From a virus, in the IMG/VR virus record IMGVR_UViG_3300046474_000470, positions 1 through 64,000 of that record: a stretch of 64,000 nucleotides of DNA. One strand, 5' to 3'. Shown in pieces: positions 37,926 to 45,591 of this stretch. Under the pieces are notes generated by a model. That model made no database searches and was not told the DNA's origin. It saw only the letters and a list, made by a program, of their open reading frames with translations. A program made the translations under genes and the position numbers. Numbering within the stretch: position 1 is the first letter of the stretch; each line of letters starts with the position of its first letter.

Positions 37926-38323
37926 TTCTTCTCCGGTGGTTTGCTGTCGTTGACGAATCGGGTCGGCGGCGGTGGGGGCGGCGCCGGCATCTGCCGCGGC
38001 GGCGGTGCGCCGATGGTCAGCGCTTTGATCCCAGCCCGCCCGAACAGGACTTCCTGGCAGTTGCGGCAAGCGTGGGTGTGGTTTTCAACATAGGCATGCG
38101 CGCCGCGCGCGGCGTCGCCGGCCAGCATCGCCGCGACTTCCTCGGCGTGGCCGACCTGCCTGCAGACGATCTTGCACTTTTCATAGCCTTCGCCCGGTGC
38201 GCGCGGGCAGACAGGCTGCGGGCTGGCGCACCAGTTCTCGCCGACGAAGCGACTACCCTCTGGCGTGATGATGGTGCAGCGCACCTGCAGCTTGGCGCAG
38301 GGGCCCAGGGTTCCGGCGCTCAT
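37922..38323 (-). CDS. dCMP/cytidine deaminase-like protein
   Basis: HAE and ACRNC zinc motifs. Confidence 0.8.
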   Translation of the reverse strand: MSAGTLGPCAKLQVRCTIITPEGSRFVGENWCASPQPVCPRAPGEGYEKCKIVCRQVGHAEEVAAMLAGDAARGAHAYVENHTHACRNCQEVLFGRAGIKALTIGAPPPRQMPAPPPPPPTRFVNDSKPPEKK

Positions 38324-39237
38324 TCAGATGCTCCCGTAGAAAGCTTCGATGAACGCTTTCGCGGCGTAGACGTTGACTGCATTGCCGTAGCCCCGCAGGA
38401 GTCCCACGCGGCCGGGTACCCCATCAGCCAGCGGCTGTGTGCCGGGTTCAACAGGCCGCCACTTGCTGTCCCGGCATGCGAGCCAGTCAGCAGCTGCCCA
38501 GTAGCCGTTAACCGGGCCGGGCCCTGCACGCTGATCCCATCCGGCGGGAATGCCGTCAGCACCGCGCCATGATTCAGCGTGAGGTTCTTGGTCGCGAAGT
38601 CCGGCGCCGGTGCCCGGTTGCCGTCGCAGGCTGTCGGCGTGCCCCAGCCCGTCAGCTGCGCCGCCATGCCCACCGTCACCTGGTTGGAGCAGCGGGTGCC
38701 CGCCTTGGCCTCGTTGGCGATCGGCGTGGGCCAGCCGCACAAATTCGCTTGCCGTGGCAGCTGATCCAGCCGCTCCTTGCCATTGTCCGACCGCGGCCTG
38801 ATGTCGGCGCCCGAGTCCTTCCAGTCCCGCGAGGTTGGCGTCACCCAGCCGGCCTGCCCAATAGCAGCGGTCGCGGATGTGCGGGGCACCGATGCCCGCA
38901 GACGGGAACGCGACCGCCCCGACGGCGTAGCCCAAGGCTTCCAGGTCAGCTTGTACAAGGTCGATCCAAGGGTCGACGAGACTGCTTGCAACCTGCTCTC
39001 CAAGGATTTCTGCAGGACGTCCGACGCGGGCAAGGTGGTGGAGAGCGGGCCATAGGTGCCGCTCGTCATCAAACCCTGCACCTTCGCCTGCCGAGGAGAA
39101 AGGTTGGCAAGGAGCGCTGCCCGTCCACACTCGACGGCTGTCAGGGATGCCTGCAAGTCGGAGAGCGTAGGACCAGCCGCCGATGCCGGCGAAGAAATGG
39201 CACTGGGTGAATCCGGCAAGATCTCCGGGTGTGACAT
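38320..39237 (-). CDS. C5 methyltransferase beta polypeptide, nested in the +1 frame of alpha
   Basis: GAAAGGAG 8 nt before the ATG at 39237; three GWxTP modules; LNPAHSRWLMGYP (motif IX-like); stop overlaps the downstream ATG. Confidence 0.8.
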   Translation of the reverse strand: MSHPEILPDSPSAISSPASAAGPTLSDLQASLTAVECGRAALLANLSPRQAKVQGLMTSGTYGPLSTTLPASDVLQKSLESRLQAVSSTLGSTLYKLTWKPWATPSGRSRSRLRASVPRTSATAAIGQAGWVTPTSRDWKDSGADIRPRSDNGKERLDQLPRQANLCGWPTPIANEAKAGTRCSNQVTVGMAAQLTGWGTPTACDGNRAPAPDFATKNLTLNHGAVLTAFPPDGISVQGPARLTATGQLLTGSHAGTASGGLLNPAHSRWLMGYPAAWDSCGATAMQSTSTPRKRSSKLSTGASE

Positions 39238-39346
39238 CGGCAATACTCCTTTCGTCGACCACGCCCGGCGCGATCAGGTTTTCTTTAATCAGCTCGCGCA
39301 GCCAGGCAGCCGCGCCCTTGTCGAACTCGTTGTAGTACGCGGTCAT
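38324..39346 (-). CDS. C5 cytosine DNA methyltransferase, alpha polypeptide (lacks motif IX)
   Basis: FFAGIGG (I), GSAPCQPFS (IV), GEQV (VI), PHIRDR (VIII), GYGNAV (X); ATG in an ATGA overlap. Confidence 0.88.
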   Translation of the reverse strand: MTAYYNEFDKGAAAWLRELIKENLIAPGVVDERSIADVTPGDLAGFTQCHFFAGIGGWSYALRLAGIPDSRRVWTGSAPCQPFSSAGEGAGFDDERHLWPALHHLARVGRPAEILGEQVASSLVDPWIDLVQADLEALGYAVGAVAFPSAGIGAPHIRDRCYWAGRLGDANLAGLEGLGRRHQAAVGQWQGAAGSAATASEFVRLAHADRQRGQGGHPLLQPGDGGHGGAADGLGHADSLRRQPGTGAGLRDQEPHAESWRGADGIPAGWDQRAGPGPVNGYWAAADWLACRDSKWRPVEPGTQPLADGVPGRVGLLRGYGNAVNVYAAKAFIEAFYGSI

Positions 39347-39651
39347 TTGAGCAGCGCCTTGAAGCGGGCATCGTGGTCCGCGCGCACCGCGCGCAGCTGG
39401 TCGAACTGCGACTGGCTGATGGCGTAGAGCACGTCGGCTTCCGCCTTCGTGTCGCAAAGCGCCACGACGGTGTGGAGGGCGCAGTAACCGCCCTCGTCCT
39501 CGCCGCGCCTGTTCTTGAAGTAGACGCGCTTTCCCGACCGGCGGATCACTTCGCGCGGCGCGTCCGTGATGTGATCCCGCAGCATCGGGGTCTGCAGGAT
39601 CCACTGCCCGGGCGTGATCTCGGTCAGCGGGCCGATTTCGCGCACGCCCAT
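39343..39651 (-). CDS. Hypothetical protein
   Basis: MGVREIGPLTEITPGQW...; GGAGG RBS. Confidence 0.65.
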   Translation of the reverse strand: MGVREIGPLTEITPGQWILQTPMLRDHITDAPREVIRRSGKRVYFKNRRGEDEGGYCALHTVVALCDTKAEADVLYAISQSQFDQLRAVRADHDARFKALLK

Positions 39652-40514
39652 CACGCCTCCTGCACCAGGCGATCGAGCAGGATGCCCAGCTCGCGCGTCA
39701 TCAGCGCGATGTCGGCGTCGAAGCGGTCGACGTCCTTCTCGGCGTCGCGGCCTTCCTGCATGACGTCGAGCGGCTTGATCTTGCGCAGCTGGCTGTTCTG
39801 GGTCATGACGAACGAAAGGCGGCTGGCGAAAGTCATGGCCACGGCCTCGACCACGGCGCCGGCTCCCAGCTGGCCGCTCACGTCGTCGCCCGAGAGCTGG
39901 GCACGCTCGTACTTCACCAGCTTGCCGCGCTCGCCCGGGTGGCGCAGCACCGCGGCGTCGTCGACGCTGAATTCGAACGGCGCCTCGTCCTTGACCCACT
40001 CGGTCACCACCTTGGCGCGCGGCCAGCTGACGTCGCACAGGCCCAAGTCGTTGCGGCTGTCCTGCACGTACTTCAGCAGCACTTTGATGATGTCGTCGCA
40101 GGCGCTGTTCGAGGTCGAGTCGATCACGAGGCGGTGCTGATCCTGGTCGATCCAGATCAGGGTCGTGCGGCTGGTAGTCAGGGCGCGCGGCAGCAGCTCG
40201 TCGAAGGCGCGCTCCTTGAGTTCCTTCTTGGCCTTCTTGCCGGGCGGGAAGCCCTGCTGTTCTTCCAGTTCTTTGCAACGGGCTTCGACCACGGCCGCCA
40301 CGGCCGACGCCGGGATCACCTTCTTCTCGACCTTGAAGCGCAGCAGGATGTGCTTGCCCTGGCGGTAAGCGATCTCGTCGTCGCGCACCGGCACGAAGCC
40401 GGACGACATCAACTCGTGGGTACCGACAGGAACGAAACGAGCAGCTTCAAGCTGCTCGATGGGGAATTGTGCCTTCGGGCTGATGCCGTAGACGGTTGCA
40501 TTTTTGATCCACAT
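39651..40514 (-). CDS. rdgC: Recombination-associated protein RdgC
   Basis: MWIKNATVY, SSGFVP, EKKVIPAS, LLPRAL and FDADIALMTREL. Confidence 0.9.
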   Translation of the reverse strand: MWIKNATVYGISPKAQFPIEQLEAARFVPVGTHELMSSGFVPVRDDEIAYRQGKHILLRFKVEKKVIPASAVAAVVEARCKELEEQQGFPPGKKAKKELKERAFDELLPRALTTSRTTLIWIDQDQHRLVIDSTSNSACDDIIKVLLKYVQDSRNDLGLCDVSWPRAKVVTEWVKDEAPFEFSVDDAAVLRHPGERGKLVKYERAQLSGDDVSGQLGAGAVVEAVAMTFASRLSFVMTQNSQLRKIKPLDVMQEGRDAEKDVDRFDADIALMTRELGILLDRLVQEA

Positions 40515-40548
40515 AGGGTTGGACTTTTCTGGTGGGAAAGGGATTATT

Positions 40549-40577
40549 AGGGTAAGCAAACTCTTCTGCTGTGTCAA
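40549..40577 (-). promoter_or_regulatory. sigma70-like promoter TTGACA-N17-TACCCT upstream of rdgC
   Basis: - strand TTGACAcagcagaagagtttgctTACCCT; shares AGTTTGC with the promoter at 32333-32361. Confidence 0.6.
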
Positions 40578-40613
40578 AACAATTTTCTCTGGTCAACTAC
40601 CTCCTGTCGTTAC

Positions 40614-40657
40614 TTTACATCCAGCAAGAAGCGTGCCAGAATTCTTGCATTCTGGCA
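40614..40657 (+). promoter_or_regulatory. Promoter TTTACA-N17-CAGAAT (TGn) whose -10 lies inside a 9-bp inverted repeat
   Basis: TTTACA 40614-40619, CAGAAT 40637-40642; TGCCAGAAT (40634-40642) / ATTCTGGCA (40649-40657). Confidence 0.5.
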
Positions 40658-40717
40658 TCTCCATATTCAACCGGCAATGCCTAAGCAGGCAACGCTCGCC
40701 GGCACAAGGGAACTCTG

Positions 40718-42001
40718 ATGAGTCAAAAATTCGCAGACCGGTTGAAAGTCAGCGGCACCGCTGGTGCCGCTGGCGTCTTCAACATGGGCGCCGCCGCTAC
40801 AGGCTGCCGGACCCTTGCCCAGGTCATTACGGAAGGCTCGAGCGATCCGCTGGAGATCAAGGTCGGCGATACTGGCGTGCGCTTTACGATCAGCGACGGC
40901 TCCGGCAACTGGCTCGAAGGCTCCTTCACGATCACGACGTCGAGTAGCATCACGCTCGAGACAATCGAATCGAGCTCGGCCGCCGGCGCCTCGCCGACCT
41001 TCAGCGGCACCCTGACGATTTACAACTGCGCTACCGCCAAGTTCTTGCGTGGTTTGTTGGGCGCCGCCGATGGCATCGGTATGCACCAGCTGACGGCCGC
41101 GCCGTCGACGCCGGACACCTATGTGATGCCGATCGCGGATCCGGCCACCGGCAACACCTACAGCGTGACCGTCGCCACCCTCAAGGCGTTGTTTGGCGCC
41201 GGTGCCGGCACTGGTGGCGCGACCGATACCACGGCGCCGACGGCGTCTTCGGCTGCTGTGGCAAACGCCACGCCGACCGTCGTCGCGATCACCATGTCCG
41301 AAGCCATGAACACGTCCTTCGTGCCTGCCGCAGCGGCCTTCACGGTAGGCGGCCATACGGTATCCAGCGTGGCGATCTCGGGCAGCACCATCAACCTGAC
41401 TGTCTCGGCGGCCTTCGTCAACGGCGAAGCAGCGCGCACCGTCAGCTATACCCAGCCAGGCACGAACAATGCTCGCGACGTGGCCGGCAATCTGCTGGCC
41501 AATTTCACCGGCCTGGCGATCACGAACAACGTCGCCGCTGCGGCGAACACGCTCGATACCAAGTACGCCATGCGTAGTACGGATGGCAACGGCGGCACGG
41601 CTGCCGTCAAATACCCGGCCCCGGGCAATATCTCGACGAATGGCTTCTATGTCGGCGACGTCTCGCTGTATATCCGCGACGGTGCCGGCGTGGCCGCACT
41701 TGCGTCGGAAGTCGTCATGTGGGCATGGAGCAAGCGTAGCGGCGGCGTGCCTGTCAAGCCGGACCTGTCGACCTACACGCAGAACGGGCAGAAGCGTGCC
41801 CCGTCCCGTCTCGGGGGCTGGACCGACGCACAGAACCCCGGCAGCAACGGCTACTACGGCCTGTACGACAACAGCGCCGGCGGCACCCTGTACATCTGGG
41901 GCACGGCGGGCACGTACGACTTGTGGCTGTTCTACTCGGACGGCTCGGCTGAGCCGTACGACAACGGCACCGGCACCCCGGTCGGCCTGGTGCTCACGTA
42001 A
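40718..42001 (+). CDS. Virion fibre-like protein with a SwmB/Ig-like repeat
   Basis: N-terminal FADRLKV...GNWLEG...TIESSS domain seen at phage fibre N-termini; DTTAPT...VSYTQPGTNNARDVAGN Ig/SwmB-like module. Confidence 0.6.
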   Translation: MSQKFADRLKVSGTAGAAGVFNMGAAATGCRTLAQVITEGSSDPLEIKVGDTGVRFTISDGSGNWLEGSFTITTSSSITLETIESSSAAGASPTFSGTLTIYNCATAKFLRGLLGAADGIGMHQLTAAPSTPDTYVMPIADPATGNTYSVTVATLKALFGAGAGTGGATDTTAPTASSAAVANATPTVVAITMSEAMNTSFVPAAAAFTVGGHTVSSVAISGSTINLTVSAAFVNGEAARTVSYTQPGTNNARDVAGNLLANFTGLAITNNVAAAANTLDTKYAMRSTDGNGGTAAVKYPAPGNISTNGFYVGDVSLYIRDGAGVAALASEVVMWAWSKRSGGVPVKPDLSTYTQNGQKRAPSRLGGWTDAQNPGSNGYYGLYDNSAGGTLYIWGTAGTYDLWLFYSDGSAEPYDNGTGTPVGLVLT

Positions 42002-43674
42002 TGGCAACCTCACGCGTCCTGGTCAACTCGCAGGGCCGACTTGTCTTGGCAGGCGGAAAGCCGCTTATCCTCGGCATGCCGGGCGCCGCTCAGCCTCCCG
42101 GCACAACGCCGCCCGATACGTCGGCCGCGACGAGCCTTGCCATGGTCGATTGGTACATGCAGAACGTGTCGGGCTTTACGTCGCGCTTCAACATCCAGAC
42201 GACGGCAGCGAGCAACGACACGACCGCTGACGTGCCGGTGATTTTCACCTTTGCAGGTGGCGCACCGGCAGTCGTGCAGGCACGCGTGATCGACGATAAC
42301 GGCACTGCGGTTGTCGACTGGACCGATATCACCACCAGCGTGCAGGTGAGCGGCAATACCTGTCTCGGCTATCTGCCGGGCGTCTCGGCTGGCATCGGCT
42401 ATCTGCGTGAAGTGCGTGTCTCGGCGAGCGTCAAGGCCACCGACACGGTGCACTTCAACATCGGCTGGAACGTGCTGCCCTGGGGCCAATCGAACAACGT
42501 CGGCACGCTGGAAGGCAACAAGAGCGGCAGTGACCCGGTGCCCGGCACCGCGCTGACTGAGCTGGGCTACTACAACACGAACGGCACGGCAGCATTCTTC
42601 GGTGAGTACGGCTTCGTGCCGGCAGGCACCAACCAGGTCAGCATCGCCAGCTACAGCCCGGTCTATGCGGGCGGGCAGGCGCTGGCGCGCTTCATCGGTA
42701 CGGCGCTGCAGAGCAAGTTCGGGCGCAAGGTCGGCGTGGCCTTGAACCCTTGGGCGCGTAACGGTACGTCGCTGGGGCAGTTCGTGGATACCGGCGGCGC
42801 GTGCACCATGCTGGACAACACCGGCACGGTAGGACCCAACATTGGCCTGTCTTCGCCCAAGCAGTTTGTCACCGGCGATTACCGGATCGTGTCCTGGCAC
42901 CAGGGCGAGACGGAATCCGGCTCGATCACGCGGGCGCAGAGAAAGGCCGATCTGAAGCGATTCTGCCAGGCGCACATTAACCATGTGGCCGTCTATGGGC
43001 GCAGCCCGTCGCAACTGACCTTCCTGTTCGCGCTGATGGGTGTCGGCAACCCAGTGCACATGGAAATCCTGCGCGGCGCCGTGCTCGACCTGATCGCCGA
43101 TCCGACAGTGCAGGCGGCAGGCTGGGACGTGCGCATCGGCTGGAACTGCATCGACCTCGACCCCGACATCGCCAGCGATGGCTTGCACTTCAAGGGTACG
43201 TTCCAGACGCAGTCGCTGTACCGGCTGGCGCAGGCTTGCATGCATGTGGCCGACCCGGTGGGCGTGCCGAAGGGCGCCGAAGGGCCGCGCCTGACCGGCG
43301 CATTCACCCGTGCCGGCAGCGACATCACGCTGACGGTCGCGCACAGCAGTGGCACGGGACTGGTGGCGAAGTCGCCAGGTTCTGCGATCACGGGCTGGTA
43401 CGCCAACACGGCGGCGGACTTCTCAGGCACGGACATCTCCTTGAGCAACATCACCATTGTGGACGCGACCCATATCCGCGTGACCGCGACCGGGGCGCCG
43501 GCCACGTTCTACATCAAGCATTGCGGGCACAGGTATTACACCGCGCTGAGCTACCACCCAGGCGTGTCGAATCTGATCTACGACAACTTCGCCTATCCGA
43601 CCGGCGCCAACGCAACAGAGCAATTTACTGGCCTACCCCTGCAGCCAACCCCTGACCCGATACAGGTGACCTGA
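42001..43674 (+). CDS. SGNH hydrolase (sialate O-acetylesterase/CE6-like) fibre protein
   Basis: WGQSN, WHQGE and DGLH catalytic blocks. Confidence 0.75.
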   Translation: MATSRVLVNSQGRLVLAGGKPLILGMPGAAQPPGTTPPDTSAATSLAMVDWYMQNVSGFTSRFNIQTTAASNDTTADVPVIFTFAGGAPAVVQARVIDDNGTAVVDWTDITTSVQVSGNTCLGYLPGVSAGIGYLREVRVSASVKATDTVHFNIGWNVLPWGQSNNVGTLEGNKSGSDPVPGTALTELGYYNTNGTAAFFGEYGFVPAGTNQVSIASYSPVYAGGQALARFIGTALQSKFGRKVGVALNPWARNGTSLGQFVDTGGACTMLDNTGTVGPNIGLSSPKQFVTGDYRIVSWHQGETESGSITRAQRKADLKRFCQAHINHVAVYGRSPSQLTFLFALMGVGNPVHMEILRGAVLDLIADPTVQAAGWDVRIGWNCIDLDPDIASDGLHFKGTFQTQSLYRLAQACMHVADPVGVPKGAEGPRLTGAFTRAGSDITLTVAHSSGTGLVAKSPGSAITGWYANTAADFSGTDISLSNITIVDATHIRVTATGAPATFYIKHCGHRYYTALSYHPGVSNLIYDNFAYPTGANATEQFTGLPLQPTPDPIQVT

Positions 43675-43931
43675 TGCTTGGATTTGACGCAATCGGCATG
43701 GACGCGGTCGGCCTGCCTGGGCAGGCCGGTGCTGCTGCTGCGCCGCCAGCTGTCCCGCCGGTGACGGTCAACCCGGCGCGCATCGTGAAGTTCGGCGGCG
43801 GCACGCGGGTCGCCGTCTTCCCGGGCGGCAAGCATCTGGTCGTGTTCGCCGGCGGCGTGCGCGTGGTGACGTTCGAAGGCCGCGTGAAGAAGGTCGTGTT
43901 CCCGGGCGGGACCAAGAGAGTTCAATTCTAA
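43674..43931 (+). CDS. Small virion linker-like protein with 9-aa repeats
   Basis: MLGFDAIG N-terminus; six copies of xxVxFxGG. Confidence 0.65.
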   Translation: MLGFDAIGMDAVGLPGQAGAAAAPPAVPPVTVNPARIVKFGGGTRVAVFPGGKHLVVFAGGVRVVTFEGRVKKVVFPGGTKRVQF

Positions 43932-43943
43932 CAAGGACACAGC

Positions 43944-44252
43944 ATGGCAAACGCAACCGCACCATACCTGGGCTCGAAGGGCTGGACCATCGACATCGAC
44001 CCTGACGACATCAACTATGTCGTTTGGGACGTCAGTAAGGACCTGACCGACCGCGCCACCACGGCGGCGTCGGCCACCCTCATCCTGAACGGCATGACCG
44101 CGTCGCAGGGCCCCACCGTGCAGGGCAGCACGGTCATCGCCATGCTGACGGCCGTGGCCAACGCGCAAAACCCGTCAGCCACTGCGCGCGTCACCTGCGC
44201 CAATGGCGAGCGCTTTGACCGCACCATCTACTTCAACCTGGAGGATCATTGA
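43944..44252 (+). CDS. Putative fibre adaptor protein
   Basis: DPDDINYVVWD...ARVTCANGERFDRTIYF resembles small phage fibre-attachment proteins. Confidence 0.6.
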   Translation: MANATAPYLGSKGWTIDIDPDDINYVVWDVSKDLTDRATTAASATLILNGMTASQGPTVQGSTVIAMLTAVANAQNPSATARVTCANGERFDRTIYFNLEDH

Positions 44253-44419
44253 TGCCTGACGTGACCTTTCCGGCAGCCGCGCTGGTCGAAGCCCAGCGCC
44301 GCGCCCAGGCCGAAGAAGCCACCCAGCTGGAGGCCGAGCGAGCCGCCCAGCTTGCGGTACAGCCGGCGACACCGAAGCCGCCAGCGCCACCCCAAGTCTT
44401 CATCAAGGTTCGACCGTAA
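44252..44419 (+). CDS. 55-aa protein MPDVTFPAAALVEAQRRAQAEEA...VFIKVRP
   Basis: TGATG overlap with the previous gene; GGAGG upstream; below the ORF-track cutoff. Confidence 0.55.
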   Translation: MPDVTFPAAALVEAQRRAQAEEATQLEAERAAQLAVQPATPKPPAPPQVFIKVRP

Positions 44420-44654
44420 CCGCCTTCAGGCGGTTAACCAGATCGAGCCCTTTCGCCGTCAGGCGGGGCTGATTCGGATCGTCGCTCGCCCAGTCGCGCT
44501 CGATCACGATGTCAGGGCGGATCACGCCCTGACGTCGGAAGGTTTCGAAGGCTTCATACATCGCTGGCGAATGCTTCTGCTCGTACGGGTAGATGTCAAA
44601 CGGGTCCCTGTGGGAGTACATCCGCAGCAGGATTTCAATTTTCAGCGGGCTCAT
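44403..44654 (-). CDS. Hypothetical protein
   Basis: GAGGAG RBS; ATGA overlap. Confidence 0.6.
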   Translation of the reverse strand: MSPLKIEILLRMYSHRDPFDIYPYEQKHSPAMYEAFETFRRQGVIRPDIVIERDWASDDPNQPRLTAKGLDLVNRLKAVTVEP

Positions 44655-45325
44655 TTTCTCTCCTCGACAATTCGGGTTACGGTTTTCCGGCGCGCGCCGT
44701 GGGCTTCGAAAGCCACGATCGCGTGCCGGTCTGCTTTCTGGCACAGCTGGCAAGTGGCGCAGGTGATGTACTCCTTGAACTGCGCCGGGCACAGCGTCAC
44801 CTTGTGCCCGGCCGGCGTCGTGCTGCCCTTCCAGCCCACCGGCACCACGACCACCAGCGGCAGGCCCAGCGGCGCCAGCCGGTCGGCATCAAGCAGCGAG
44901 TCGGCCGACAGGTTGACCGTGAAGCCGGCCTTGTTGGCGGCCCGGATCGCCTTGACGTTCTCCTTCGTGGGTGGGTAGTGGGTGTAGGTGAAGCCCTTCT
45001 TGCCGCGGTTGGCCCGGGCCAGCTGGCGCAGCGCCGGCGCATCGATCACGTCGTTCGCACCCTGCAAGTCGCCGGCCTGGTTGTGACGCCAGATCTGGCC
45101 TGCCTTGAGGCGACTGATCTCGTCGACGAAGTCGTCCCAGCCGATGGCGTTGCGGCCGTCGGTGACCTTGTTCCAGTGGTGGACCAGCGGGTGGTTTTCG
45201 GCGTAGCAGCCGTTGCCCTTGAAGGCGCAGGTGGATGGGCAGGAGGTTCGGGAGGAAGTTGAGACGGGGATGGGCCCGGTCTTGGCGTTGGCGGATATGC
45301 GGGTCAGGTGGACTTGTGTTGCCAC
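44651..45325 (-). CDS. Cys-rich putative Fe-S protein (radical-SAM-like/gp88-like)
   Basis: GTG after AGGAG; CPSTCAFKGNGCYA, RHNQAGD, FTYTH, CPAQ and CATCQLC. Confidence 0.7.
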   Translation of the reverse strand: MATQVHLTRISANAKTGPIPVSTSSRTSCPSTCAFKGNGCYAENHPLVHHWNKVTDGRNAIGWDDFVDEISRLKAGQIWRHNQAGDLQGANDVIDAPALRQLARANRGKKGFTYTHYPPTKENVKAIRAANKAGFTVNLSADSLLDADRLAPLGLPLVVVVPVGWKGSTTPAGHKVTLCPAQFKEYITCATCQLCQKADRHAIVAFEAHGARRKTVTRIVEERK

Positions 45326-45591
45326 GTTTTCTCCTGTGGGAAGCGGCGACGCAGCTCGAAATAGCCAGCGCTGCTGCAGATGAGGGCTTCGCCCGGGCCG
45401 TCCATGATCTTGGACTTCAGGAACACATAGTCGACGCCGAAGAATCGGGCCGACCAGGCGTCGAACTGCTCGAGGTATCTCGGCTGGCCGTAGCCGATGA
45501 TGTTGCGCAGCTGCTGACTCAGCTGGAACTTGGGCCTGTCCCGCACCAGTGGCGAGACAACGATACGCATGCCGTAAAGGGTCTCGATCAT
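45304..45591 (-). CDS. Hypothetical protein
   Basis: ATGA-coupled; GGAG RBS. Confidence 0.55.
   Translation of the reverse strand: MIETLYGMRIVVSPLVRDRPKFQLSQQLRNIIGYGQPRYLEQFDAWSARFFGVDYVFLKSKIMDGPGEALICSSAGYFELRRRFPQEKTWQHKST

Noticed and set aside
39347-39604. ORF-track N-terminal extension of the MTase
   Set aside because: It overlaps the gene at 39343-39651; the ATG at 39346 is in an ATGA coupling.
40600-44450. Invertible (shufflon-type) fibre cassette
   Set aside because: No flanking inverted repeats and no invertase found in the window.
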